A DNA stretch of 64,000 bases from Burkholderiales bacterium (GCA_043717565.1 JAYSXE010000040.1:4417-68416), one strand, 5' to 3'; positions 52,101 to 60,244 are shown, numbered from the stretch's first letter. Made by a program: numbers and translations. Notes: generated from the letters alone by a model not told the origin.

Positions 52101-55100
52101 GCGTGACGGTGGCCACGGCGCAGATCGACGCCAGCGGCAACTACAGCTTCAGCCTCATCAAGCCCATCGACCACGCCACGGGCCAGGGTGAAAACGTGCA
52201 GCGGCTGGAGATTGGCGTCAGCGCCAGCGACGGCAAGAGCACGGGCAGCGGCACGCTCAGCATCCAGATCGAAGACGACGCCCCGGTGGCAGCAGACATC
52301 ACAACGGTGCTGACACCGGCGGCCAGCAACACCAACGTGATGGTGGTGCTGGACGTTTCGGGCTCGATGAAAGAAGCCAGCGGCATCGACGGGCTGACGC
52401 GCCTGCAGGCGGCCGTGCAGTCGATCAAGACGCTGCTGGACCGCTACGACGCGCAAGGCGACGTTGCCGTTCGTCTGGTGACCTTTGGCGCGCAGGGCCA
52501 GGCGCTGGGCGACACCTGGACCACGGTGGACCAGGCCAAGTTGCTGCTGTCCCGGGTGCAGGCCAGCAGCGGCACGAACTACGACGACGCGCTGGCAGAC
52601 GCCATCGCGGCCTTCGGCTCGCCCGGGCGCATTGCGGGCGCCAACAACGTGTCTTACTTCCTGTCCGACGGTGAACCCAACACCGGCTCGGGCAGCAGCA
52701 CCACGCTGTCGGGCAGCACCAACACGAGCAGCGGCGACGCCGGCATCCAGGCCGCCGAAGCCCAGCAGTGGACGCGCTTCCTCGACACCAACGGCGTGCA
52801 GTCGCACGCGCTGGCCGTGGGTGCTGGCGCCAGCGCCGGCCCGCTGGCCGCCATTGCGTATGACGGCCAGTCGCACACCAGCGGCACACCGCTGCTGGTC
52901 AGCAGCTTCAGCGACCTGCCGCAGGTGCTGCTGTCAACCACGGCAGCTTCCAGCGCCAGTGGCACGCTGTTTGGCAGCGGCGCGGTTGCCGGCCTGGGTG
53001 CCGGCCTGGGCGCCGACGGCGGCCATGTCCAGAGCTTCATGGTGGACGGCGTGAACTACAGCTTCAACCCGGCAGCCAGCGCCGGTGCCGGCGCGGTCAC
53101 GGCCAGCAGCGTGCACGCCTTCAGTTTCGACGCCGGCAGCAAGACCCTGGTGGTTGACACCGCCGCCGGCGGGCGCTTTACGGTGGACCTGGACGGTGGT
53201 GGCTATACCTACCGCGCCGCGCCCACCGCCGCGGCCGGCTTCACCGAACGCTTCAGCTACAGCCTGGTGGACAGCGACGGCGACACCGCGTCGGCCACCG
53301 GCCAGGTGCAGATTGGCGGGCCTGTCGCACCGCCGCCCCCACCACCACCGCCCACCAACCAGGCGCCCGTGGTCACCAGCACGGTGGCCACCGTGTCCGA
53401 AGAAGGCCTGGCCGGTGGCCTGGCCGACAGCACCGGTTCACAGGGCGACAAGACCAACCAGGCCAGCACCAGCGGCCGCATCAGCATCAGCGACCCCGAG
53501 GGCCAGGCCATCAGCAGCGTGGTGCTGACAGCGCCCACCGAGCCACTGACCAGCGGCGGCCAGGCCGTCACCTGGGTGGGTTCGGGCACGCAGGCGCTGA
53601 CCGCCAGCGCCGGCGGCCAGGTCGTGGCCACGGCCTGCATCGACAACCAGGGCAACTACTGCTTCAAGCTGCTGAAAGCGGTGGACCACACCAACGGCAA
53701 CGGCGAAAACCTGAAGACGCTGGACATCGGCGTCAGCGCCAGCGACGGCAGCCGCAGCGGCAGCGGTCGCCTTTCGGTGAACATCGAAGACGATGCCCCG
53801 CAGGTGGGCAACGCGTCCAGCAGCCTGCAAGGCGTGAACACCAATGTGATGGTGGTGCTGGACACCTCGGGCTCGATGGGCCAGGCGGCACCGGGCCTGG
53901 GCATGACGCGGCTGCAGGCCGCCATCAAGTCCATCGAAACCCTGCTCGACCGTTACGACGCGCAGGGCGACGTGGCGGTGCGGTTGGTGGGCTTTTCCAG
54001 CGAAGGCAAGGCCTTGGGCAATTGCTGGACCACCGTGTCGCAAGCAAAAAGCCTGATGGCGACGTTGAAGGCCTGCGGCGCCACCAACTACGACGACGCG
54101 CTGGCCGATGCCATCGCCGCGTTTGGCTCGGCCGGCAAGATTGCAGGCGCGCAGAACGTGTCGTATTTCTTGTCCGACGGCAACCCCACCATGGGCTCTG
54201 GCGGAATAGCGTTGGCAGGCGGCAGCGAAAGCAGCGGCAGCGACACCGGCATACAGGCTGCCGAAGAAAAGAGCTGGACCACCTTCCTGGCCAGCAACCG
54301 CGTCAATTCCTTTGCTTTGGGCATGGGCAGCGACATCACCGACGCGTCGGCCTTGCACCCGGTGGCCTACGACGGCCGCTCGCAGACCAACACCGCCGCC
54401 ACGGTGGTCAGCAGCTACGCCGACCTGGGCACCGTGCTGGGCAACACCACCAGCGGTGTGGCCTGCGGCAAGTTGTTTGGCGCCGCCACCGCGGGCAGTG
54501 GCCTGCTGGGCGCCGACGCCGGGCATGTGAACAGCTTCAGCGTCGACGGCGTCACCTACACCTTCCACCCCGAAGGCAACAACGGTGCCGGCAGCGTCAG
54601 CAGCAGCACCACACACGCCTTCAACTTCAACGCCAGCACACAAACGCTGAACGTCACCACCGCCGCCGGTGGCCAGTTCTTCGTCGACATGGACGGGGGC
54701 GGCTATTCCTACCGCGCGTCGGCCCAGGCGCCGGCCGGCTTTGCCGAGAAGTTCAACTTCACGCTGGTGGACAACGACGGCGACCTGGCCGGCGGCAGTG
54801 GCACCGTCAGCACCGGCGGGCAGCCGGCCACGCCCAGCACGGCAGCCCAAATGCTGGAAGGCAGCAGCGGTGCAGACCACCTGCAAGGCGGCGGCGGCAA
54901 CGACGTGCTGGACGGTGGTGCCGGCAGCGACCACCTGTTTGGCGGCTTCGGCAACGACGTCTTCAAGTGGGACCTGGCCGACCGCGGCACACCAGGCGCG
55001 CCGGCCATCGACACCGTGCACGACTTTGACCTGTCACCCACGGCATCGGGCGGCGACATGCTGGACCTGCGCGACCTGCTGGGCGGAGCGCTGCAAGCCG

Positions 55101-55345
55101 GCGGTGCCGACAAGCTGGCGCAGTACCTGGACATCGACACGCAGTCGCAGCCCGGCAGCACGGTGCTGCACATCAGCACGCAGGGCGGTTTCGCCGACGG
55201 TGAATTCAAGGCCAGCGCCGAAGACCAGCGCATCGTGCTCGATGGCGTGAACCTGCGCGACGCGCTGTCGCTGGGCGCCGGCGCCAGCGAAGACCAGATG
55301 CTGCAAGAGCTGATCCACCGCAACAAGATCGAAACCGGGCTTTGA
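46103..55345 (+). CDS. lapA: Giant LapA-type RTX adhesin (3080 aa): retention module, 15 Calx-beta-like repeats, two Ig+vWA modules, RTX repeats, T1SS C-terminal signal
   Basis: Retention module with APAAG; repeats ending TGTIxDDD; MIDAS motifs DVSGS and DTSGS with FLSDG; GGGGNDVL/GGAGSDHL/GGFGNDVF; DTVHDF...DMLDLRDLL. Confidence 0.92.
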   Translation: MPVIVQTVTSKVSALWGKSYIRDANGKFRLLQLEEVVVRGDMILTEQNAIVQLSEDLKADASPAAPRVAYARAPVDNDVDRAIAGLERGELGFAPAAGTSAGDGGLTPATVVERVVEVAPAGLPAQPLPVVLPTFGEASPVPAAPSVAVAPPVGARLGVQRMDGDEVTEGQALVFSVLLSAATTQPVNLPFALAFNSAESKDIGTPLFSNGVVLNADGTLTVPAGVPGFAITVPTVDDRLLEQPETITLTLDGVQATGQVNDNDQPGITSVEPGEPGADGDAVVEGNRLVYTVSLSQPSSTGSLYPFSLGGAAGQGNADTTDHGAPTFSDGVVLNADGTLTVPSGVTRFTISVPTVDDSAVEPSERLPLSVGGITGLATILDNDGGGPRVDTVLPGPPGLPDDTTPEGAPLAFTVTLSGPTTEPTTFPFQLGGGTAGAEDIGTPAFTGGVTLNPDGTITVPAGVIAFTVTVPTAQDSLVEGNETVPLSVGGVSATGTVIDDDAGTPTVTQVEPGRLGLGDDATPEGTVLSFAVSLSGPTAVATRYPFSLGGGTAAAGDFGAPVFTDGVALNSDGTITVPAGVSSFSVNVPTTQDTLVEANEQLPLTIGGVLATGTIIDDDSGPPVVVSVEPGEPGVADDGVPEGDDLRFTVTLNEAAATPTTHAFALGGGTAGSTDFGNPSFSDGVALNPDGTITVPAGVLSFSVTVPTTQDTQVESDETVPLMVGGKSATGTIADDDGSPTITTIEPGMPGPADNSTPEGTDLLFTVGLSEPTTRPATYPFSMGGGTAGAADHGTPVFSNGVTLNPDGTITVPAGVAGFTVTVPTTQDTLTEADETVPLSIGGVQATGTIVDDDFGKPTVTRVEPGEPGLADNATPEGANLVYTVSLSGTTVAPSVYAFNLGGGTAGASDIGAPVFSDGVTLNPDGTVTVPAGVAGFTVTVPTTQDSLVETNETVPLAVGGVSATGSIIDDDGGKPSITSIEPGQPGLADDAAPEGTVLQYQVTLSATTSQPATYTFALGGGSAAASDFGAPLFSDGVVLNADGTITVPAGVAGFTVSVPTVQDSSVEPDETVPLSIGGKAATGSIIDDDGGQPPITTVEPGQPGAGDDKVTEGGTLVYTVTLGGAPATPATYSFALGGGTAGAGDVGAPAFSDGVVLNTDGTITVPAGVTRFTVSVPTTQDTAVEPDESLPLTVGGVAATGTIVDDDSNKPTITHIEPGTPGPADDAVAEGTALVFNVALSAPTTAPVNYPFTLGGGTATNADFGAPAFSNGVTLDPDGSITVPAGVSSFSVTVPTTQDTTDEPDESVPLSIGGVQATGTVIDDDAPPSIQSVTADPNASSVTEGGTLAYTVTLSGPSPSSSVFAFMLGGGTATAGDFGAPVFSDGVTLLPSGVVVVPPGVTSFSVRVPTFQDLNVEATETVPLSIGGVRAVGNILDDDGGGPGTPPTVISVEPGSPGTSDDRTPEGNNLVYTVSLSGTTTATTSLSFALGGGTASNTDLGAPSFSNGVTLNADGTLSVPAGVSSFSVVVPTVQDSTDEPDETVPLRVGGVGGTGTIVDDDATPTITRVEPGNPGVGDDAVLEGTPLVYTVSLSNPSHTAASFAFVLGGGTSSAGDIGSPVFSNGVTLESNGTLSVPAGVTSFTVTVPTVQDTLSEPSETVPLRIGGVLATGTIVDNDSTPPTITGMEPGRPGVGDDHVVEGSTLVYAVTMSGPSDTAISYPFTLGGGTAGAGDIGAPVFSNGVVLNANGTITVPAGISSFTVNVPTVQDTLGEPDETVPLSIGGVSALGGITDDDGTPGIDKVTAQPGNDTVSEGQNLVFSVGLTHGAALPTTHTFSLGGGSASAGDVGAPVFSNGVVLNADGTITVPAFVTSFTVTVPTTQDSLQEANETVLLNVGGITGTGTIVDDDFNRAPLVGSVSASVSEEGLAGGIKDNTGAPTDTGDASTVTGRISISDPDGQALTTPVLTAPTAALSSGGVPITWQGSGTGMLTASAGGVTVATAQIDASGNYSFSLIKPIDHATGQGENVQRLEIGVSASDGKSTGSGTLSIQIEDDAPVAADITTVLTPAASNTNVMVVLDVSGSMKEASGIDGLTRLQAAVQSIKTLLDRYDAQGDVAVRLVTFGAQGQALGDTWTTVDQAKLLLSRVQASSGTNYDDALADAIAAFGSPGRIAGANNVSYFLSDGEPNTGSGSSTTLSGSTNTSSGDAGIQAAEAQQWTRFLDTNGVQSHALAVGAGASAGPLAAIAYDGQSHTSGTPLLVSSFSDLPQVLLSTTAASSASGTLFGSGAVAGLGAGLGADGGHVQSFMVDGVNYSFNPAASAGAGAVTASSVHAFSFDAGSKTLVVDTAAGGRFTVDLDGGGYTYRAAPTAAAGFTERFSYSLVDSDGDTASATGQVQIGGPVAPPPPPPPPTNQAPVVTSTVATVSEEGLAGGLADSTGSQGDKTNQASTSGRISISDPEGQAISSVVLTAPTEPLTSGGQAVTWVGSGTQALTASAGGQVVATACIDNQGNYCFKLLKAVDHTNGNGENLKTLDIGVSASDGSRSGSGRLSVNIEDDAPQVGNASSSLQGVNTNVMVVLDTSGSMGQAAPGLGMTRLQAAIKSIETLLDRYDAQGDVAVRLVGFSSEGKALGNCWTTVSQAKSLMATLKACGATNYDDALADAIAAFGSAGKIAGAQNVSYFLSDGNPTMGSGGIALAGGSESSGSDTGIQAAEEKSWTTFLASNRVNSFALGMGSDITDASALHPVAYDGRSQTNTAATVVSSYADLGTVLGNTTSGVACGKLFGAATAGSGLLGADAGHVNSFSVDGVTYTFHPEGNNGAGSVSSSTTHAFNFNASTQTLNVTTAAGGQFFVDMDGGGYSYRASAQAPAGFAEKFNFTLVDNDGDLAGGSGTVSTGGQPATPSTAAQMLEGSSGADHLQGGGGNDVLDGGAGSDHLFGGFGNDVFKWDLADRGTPGAPAIDTVHDFDLSPTASGGDMLDLRDLLGGALQAGGADKLAQYLDIDTQSQPGSTVLHISTQGGFADGEFKASAEDQRIVLDGVNLRDALSLGAGASEDQMLQELIHRNKIETGL
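46571..51838 (+). repeat. 15 tandem ~350-bp (~115-120 aa) Calx-beta/Ig-like coding repeats inside the adhesin
   Basis: Counted by eye from the consensus EGxxLxF/YTVxLS...LGGGTA..DxGAPxFSxGVxLNxDGTITVPAGV..FTVxVPTxQD...ETVPLxxGGV.ATGTIxDDD; copies are diverged, not identical. Confidence 0.9.
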
Positions 55346-55351
55346 CGCAAG

Positions 55352-55371
55352 CGGCCCCGGCACTGGGGCCG
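55352..55371 (+). other. Hairpin immediately after the adhesin stop
   Basis: CGGCCCC-GGCACT-GGGGCCG; no U tract. Confidence 0.4.
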
Positions 55372-55410
55372 TACCCCACCTCGCAGCAACCCCGACAAGG
55401 ACCCGCCACC

Positions 55411-55779
55411 ATGCCGTACGCCGTGCGCAACAGCCAAGGCCAGCTCACCAGCCTGCACCGCCACGACCCGGGCGTGGGCGAACCCATCGCAGCAGACGAC
55501 CCTGAGGTGCACCGCTTCCTGGGCCTGGACGCCCCGCCCGCCGAGGCCGCAGCCGCCACCACGGGCGCTGAAGTCGGCGGCTTCAGCCGCTTGGACGCCG
55601 ACTTCATCCGCGTGCTGGAAGACGTGATCGACGCGCTGACCAGCCGCAACCTGCTGAACATCACCGACCTGCCCGACATCGCGCAGACCAAGCTCTTTGC
55701 ACGCAAGAGTTTTCGCGAAAGGCGGCCCAAGAATGCGCTGGACCTGTTTCGCCCGGGCGACCTTGACAACGTGCTGTAG
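55411..55779 (+). CDS. Small hypothetical protein between lapA and lapG
   Basis: MPYAVRNSQGQLTSL...DDPEVHRFL...LDADFIRVLEDVIDALTSRNLLNITDLPDIAQTKLFARKSFRE. Confidence 0.8.
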   Translation: MPYAVRNSQGQLTSLHRHDPGVGEPIAADDPEVHRFLGLDAPPAEAAAATTGAEVGGFSRLDADFIRVLEDVIDALTSRNLLNITDLPDIAQTKLFARKSFRERRPKNALDLFRPGDLDNVL

Positions 55780-56531
55780 TGCGCCTTCAGGCCCTTTCGG
55801 CGCGGTGGCCCGGGTGGCATGCGCTGCTGCAGCCGGCATGCCGGGCCCTCGGGCTGCTGCAGGGGCTGCGGCTGGGCGGCTGGGCCGCGGCCGGCTTGCT
55901 GGCCGCCGTGTGGGCGTTGCTGCTGGCCAGCGCTTCGCTGCACGCCTGGGACGCGCAGCAGATGCGCGCGGCCGCGCAGCGCATGGGGCCCGGTGCGGTG
56001 GCAGCACTGGGGCCGCTGCACAACCTGCTGAACGAAGGGCGCGGGCAGGACGACGAGGCGCGCCTGGTGGCCGTGAACCAGTTCTACAACCTGCGCATCG
56101 ACTTCAAGTCGGACCAGGAAGTGTGGGGCCAGGAAGACTACTGGGCCACGCCGCTGCAGACGCTGGCTGCCGGCCGCGGCGACTGCGAAGACTATGTGAT
56201 CGCCAAGTACACCACGCTGCTGGCCATGGGCGTGGCCCGCAGCCGCCTGCGCCTGGTGTACGTGCGTGCCCGCATGGCCGACGCACCGGCGCCGGTGGCA
56301 CACATGGTGCTGGCCTACTACCCCACGCCCACTGCCGAGCCGCTGATTCTGGACAACCTGCGCGCCGACGTGTTGCCCGCCGCCCAGCGCCCCGACCTGA
56401 CCCCCGTCTTCAGCTTCAACAGCGAAGGCCTGTGGCAGGGCGTGGGCCACGCCACCGCCGGCGACCCGATGGCGCGCCTTTCGCGCTGGCGCGACACCTG
56501 GCAGCGCATCCAGCAAGAAGGCTTCCTGTGA
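55779..56531 (+). CDS. lapG: Transglutaminase-like cysteine protease (LapG/BTLCP)
   Basis: VNQFYN, WGQEDYWATP, GDCEDYVIAKY, AHMVLAYY, LILDNL (Cys-His-Asp triad), RPDLTPVFSFN; start uncertain. Confidence 0.93.
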   Translation: MRLQALSARWPGWHALLQPACRALGLLQGLRLGGWAAAGLLAAVWALLLASASLHAWDAQQMRAAAQRMGPGAVAALGPLHNLLNEGRGQDDEARLVAVNQFYNLRIDFKSDQEVWGQEDYWATPLQTLAAGRGDCEDYVIAKYTTLLAMGVARSRLRLVYVRARMADAPAPVAHMVLAYYPTPTAEPLILDNLRADVLPAAQRPDLTPVFSFNSEGLWQGVGHATAGDPMARLSRWRDTWQRIQQEGFL

Positions 56532-56568
56532 CCCCGACCGCTTCAAACCGTCCTTCGAAAGGGCAGCC

Positions 56569-58542
56569 ATGACTCTCACCCGCCGCATGGCCTTGTTCAT
56601 CGCCAGCCTGCTGTTCGTGGCGCTGGGCGGTGCCCTGATCATCCACACGCTGGCCGCCCGCGACGCGCTGCAGCAGCAGCAGGACGTGCGCAACCGCGAC
56701 GCCGCCGCATCGTTGGCGCTGGCGCTGTCGCAACACATCGGCGACACCGTGGCGCTGAAGGCCGTGGCCGCGGCCCAGTTTGACCTGGGCCACTACCGGC
56801 GAATTCAGTTGATGGGCCCCGACGGCAAGCCGGTGTTCGACCTGCAGCAGGCCACGCAGAAGCCGCGGGTGCCGGAATGGTTTGGCCAACTGCTGCCGAT
56901 GGCCGCCGCAGACGGCACGGCACTGGTCAGCGCCGGCTGGCGCGAGGTGGGCACGCTCAGCGTGGCGGCGCACACCGCATGGGCGCAGGAATCGCTGTGG
57001 AACGCCAGCGTGCAGAGCGCCACGCTGCTGGCCGGCCTGGCGCTGCTGGCTGCCGTGCTGACAGCCTGGATGCTGCGCGCCTGGCACCGCCCGCTGCAGG
57101 CCACCGTGCTGCAGGCACAGGCGCTGGCCCGCGGCCAGTTCATCGAAGCCCGCCTGCCCCGGCTGCCCGAACTGCAAGACCTGACGCGCAGCATGAACAC
57201 CACCGTGCGCCGCCTGCGCGAAAGTTTTGCCAGCCAGGCCGAACAGGTGGCCTACCTGCAGCGCCAGGCGCAGCTGGACAGCCTGACCGGCTTGCCGCTG
57301 CGCCAGCAGTTCATCGAATTCATGGACCGCCGGCTGGCACACCACGACGGCATGGGCCTGCTGCTGGTGCGCGTGACGCCGCTGGAACTGATCAACGACC
57401 AGCACGGCCGCGAAGCCGCCGACAACGTGTTGCGCCAGGTGGGCACCGTGCTGGCGCGCTACGCGCGCTCGGAGCCCGACAGTTTTGCCGGCCGCCTGAC
57501 CGGCCCCGACCTGGCCCTGCTGCTGCCGCTGGCAGGCATGGCCGCCGACCTGGCCCCGGGGTTGCTGCGCGCGCTGCGCGACGCCGTGGAACCGCTGGGC
57601 GTGGGCGCCCAGGTGTGCGTGGCCGCCAGCGACGGCGTGCTGGCCGCCAGTGCGGACAGCGCCATTATGCTGGCCACGCCGGGCCTGGCGCTGGGCGACG
57701 TCAATGGCGGGCTGCACGTGTCGCAGCCCAACCTGGCCGGCTCGGCCATGTCCAACCTGGCCGCGTGGCAGGCACAGATCGGCGAAGCGCTGTCCGAGCA
57801 GCGCGCGCGCCTGGGCGAATACCCCGTGCTCGACCCGCAGGGCCGGCTGATCCACCTGGAATGCCCGCTGCGCCTGCAGCTCGACCCGCACGGTGAATTC
57901 CAGCCCGCCGGCAAGTGGCTGCCGCTGGCACGGCGCTGCGGCCTGTCGCCCAAAGTGGACCTGGCGGCCATCAGCCTGGCGCTGAAGGCCGTTGCGCTGG
58001 ACATGCGGCAGCGCGCGGTGAACGTGGAACTGGCGTCACTGGCGTCGCCCGGTTTTGTCGACGAGGTGACGACACTGCTGCGCGGCCACCCCGAAGCCGC
58101 CAAGCGCCTGTGGGTGGAATGGGTGGAGACCAGCACGCGGGGCGACTGGCACGCCGCCGGTGAAGCCACCCAGCACTGGCGCCGCCACGGCGTGCGCATC
58201 GGCGTGGAGCACGCCGGAGGCGCGCCCGAGCAGCTGGCGCGCCTGCGCGACCTGGGCCTGGACTACGTGAAGGTCGACGCGCGCCACCTGCGCGGCGCCG
58301 CCGTCGACCCCCGCGTGCGCGCCTACGCGCTCAGCCTGTCGGGCCTGATCCGCCTGCTGGGGCTGAAGGCGCTGGCCGAGGGGGTGGACAGCAGCCAGGA
58401 CTTGGCCACGCTGTGGGAACTGGGTTTTGACGGCGCCACCGGCACCGCGCTGCGCTCAGCCACCAGCCCGGCACCAAGCCAGACACCGCCACGCGGCCCG
58501 GCCGCGTGCAAGCAGTCGCAGACCAGCCCGCACCCCAGCTGA
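56569..58542 (+). CDS. lapD: LapD/MoxY c-di-GMP receptor (periplasmic domain, HAMP, degenerate GGDEF and EAL)
   Basis: FDLGHYRRI, VPEWFGQLLP, SAGWREVG (LapG-binding Trp loop), DSLTGL, GGDEF position reads TGPDL, EAL position reads ECPLRL, DYVKVD, AEGVD. Confidence 0.92.
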   Translation: MTLTRRMALFIASLLFVALGGALIIHTLAARDALQQQQDVRNRDAAASLALALSQHIGDTVALKAVAAAQFDLGHYRRIQLMGPDGKPVFDLQQATQKPRVPEWFGQLLPMAAADGTALVSAGWREVGTLSVAAHTAWAQESLWNASVQSATLLAGLALLAAVLTAWMLRAWHRPLQATVLQAQALARGQFIEARLPRLPELQDLTRSMNTTVRRLRESFASQAEQVAYLQRQAQLDSLTGLPLRQQFIEFMDRRLAHHDGMGLLLVRVTPLELINDQHGREAADNVLRQVGTVLARYARSEPDSFAGRLTGPDLALLLPLAGMAADLAPGLLRALRDAVEPLGVGAQVCVAASDGVLAASADSAIMLATPGLALGDVNGGLHVSQPNLAGSAMSNLAAWQAQIGEALSEQRARLGEYPVLDPQGRLIHLECPLRLQLDPHGEFQPAGKWLPLARRCGLSPKVDLAAISLALKAVALDMRQRAVNVELASLASPGFVDEVTTLLRGHPEAAKRLWVEWVETSTRGDWHAAGEATQHWRRHGVRIGVEHAGGAPEQLARLRDLGLDYVKVDARHLRGAAVDPRVRAYALSLSGLIRLLGLKALAEGVDSSQDLATLWELGFDGATGTALRSATSPAPSQTPPRGPAACKQSQTSPHPS

Positions 58543-58569
58543 AGCGCTGCGCCAGCCCCGGGCTTTCAC

Positions 58570-58590
58570 GCGGGTACTGGCAGTACCCGC
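58570..58590. promoter_or_regulatory. Perfect 21-bp palindrome upstream of the second Bug gene (candidate operator)
   Basis: GCGGGTACTG-G-CAGTACCCGC. Confidence 0.45.
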
Positions 58591-58655
58591 TGCCTTAACG
58601 TCAAGCCGGGCCGCAATGGCGGCCCGCCCCTTGACTGAAGGCCGGGAGACACCCC

Positions 58656-59639
58656 ATGAAACGCCGCACCCTGCTGGGCACCGCTGCAGCACTCACCCTC
58701 ACCGCCCGCGCGGGCCGCGCGCAGGACACCTGGCCCAGCAAGCCGGTGAAGATCATCAGCCCGTTCCCCGCTGGGGGCACCAGCGACATCATGGCGCGCA
58801 TGGTCGCCATTGCGCTGGGCAAGGAACTGGGGCAGCAGTTCATCATTGAAAACATCGGCGGCGCCGGCGGCACCATCGGCACGCTGCGTGCGCTGCAGGC
58901 CGCGCCCGACGGCTACACGCTGATCCAGACCGGCGTGGGCCAGAACGCCGTGGCCCACGGCCTGGACCCGAAGCTGGCCTACGACTCGAACCGCGACTTC
59001 ATCCACATCACGCAGGTGCACACCGGGCCCAACGTGCTGGTGGTGCACCCCGACCAACCGTTCAAGACCTTCCAGGAACTGCTGGCCTACATCCGCAGCA
59101 ACCCCGGCAAGCTGAACTACGGCTACACACACGCCGCATCGGGCCACATGGCGATGGAACTGCTGAAGCAGGTGGGCGGCGAAGGCGGCCGGCCGCTGTT
59201 CATCGTCGGCATTCCCTACCGCGGCGGCGGCCCGATGCTGCAAGACCTGCTGGGCGGCCAGATACCGATGATGTTCATCAACCAGGACGTGGCGCTGCCG
59301 CATGTGAAAGCCGGCAAGCTGCGCGCGCTGGCCGTCACCAGCCTGCAGCGCAACCCGCTGTACCCCGACACACCCACCATCGCCGAAACGGGCATCAAAG
59401 GCTACGAAGCGCTCAGCTGGTCGGGCCTTTCGGCCATCAAGGGCACGCCGAAGGCGGTGGTGGACAAGCTGGAGGCCGCGATGGTGAAGATCATGGCCGC
59501 GCCCGACACCCGGCAGCGCATGGAAGCCGTGGGCTTCGTCGTGCCCCCGCAGGGTGCAGTGCCCTACACCCAGTTCGTGAAGCGCGAGATCGACCTGTGG
59601 ACGCGCGTCATCAAGACGGCGGGCATCAAGGCCGAGTAG
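58656..59639 (+). CDS. Bug/TctC family substrate-binding protein
   Basis: Tat-like MKRRTLL; WPSKPVKIISPFPAGGTSD; IPYRGGGP; GKLRALAV. Confidence 0.93.
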   Translation: MKRRTLLGTAAALTLTARAGRAQDTWPSKPVKIISPFPAGGTSDIMARMVAIALGKELGQQFIIENIGGAGGTIGTLRALQAAPDGYTLIQTGVGQNAVAHGLDPKLAYDSNRDFIHITQVHTGPNVLVVHPDQPFKTFQELLAYIRSNPGKLNYGYTHAASGHMAMELLKQVGGEGGRPLFIVGIPYRGGGPMLQDLLGGQIPMMFINQDVALPHVKAGKLRALAVTSLQRNPLYPDTPTIAETGIKGYEALSWSGLSAIKGTPKAVVDKLEAAMVKIMAAPDTRQRMEAVGFVVPPQGAVPYTQFVKREIDLWTRVIKTAGIKAE

Positions 59640-59682
59640 CGCCGGAGCCGGCCGGCGCGGCCCGGCATGGATAATTCAGCGC

Positions 59683-59898
59683 ATGGTGATCTTCTATTCG
59701 GTGATGGCCGTGCTCATCGTGAGCACGCTGCTGCCATCCGTCTTCTTCCTGTTGCTGTACGCGCTGAGGGGCGACACCGACCACGCCGACAAGGCGCGCA
59801 CTCTGTGGAATTTCTCCAAGCTGTTCACCATGGTGGGCGTGAACCTGCTGATCTGGGGCCACGTGGCAGCCGGGCTGTGGCAGGTCTGGTTTCGGTAG
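59683..59898 (+). CDS. Small two-TM hypothetical membrane protein
   Basis: 71 aa, two hydrophobic segments, host-like codon usage. Confidence 0.65.
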   Translation: MVIFYSVMAVLIVSTLLPSVFFLLLYALRGDTDHADKARTLWNFSKLFTMVGVNLLIWGHVAAGLWQVWFR

Positions 59899-60244
59899 GA
59901 ACGCAGGCTGCAGGGTCAGCCGTGGCCTGACTTGCGAACCGGGCAGCGATGCTTCTTCGCTTCAGGCGCCCTGACCACAACCGACACAGCAACCTGCACC
60001 GTGCCCTTTGTACCAGCGGCACGGCGTTTGTCCTTTCCACGCCGCAGTTCGGTCAAAAGCCTCGTAGGGCGCAAAATGATGCACTGGCGCGCAAGCGCCA
60101 ACGAGAGCTGAGAGACAGCTCCGCCAGGGAGTCCCCGCAGGTGGCGCACAGGTTGCTGAGACAGGCCCAAATCCGCGCCAAAGTGGTTGCAGTGGCAGCG
60201 CCAAGCTCGGTGAATTTCAGGTAGAAACACAGCCGCCGCTGGCC

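Noticed and set aside
49676-52876. 1066-aa minus-strand ORF, and other long antisense ORFs (401-2452, 4400-6598, 36941-39475, 42456-44714)
   Set aside because: Shadow frames of real high-GC genes; no recognisable motifs and typical antisense composition
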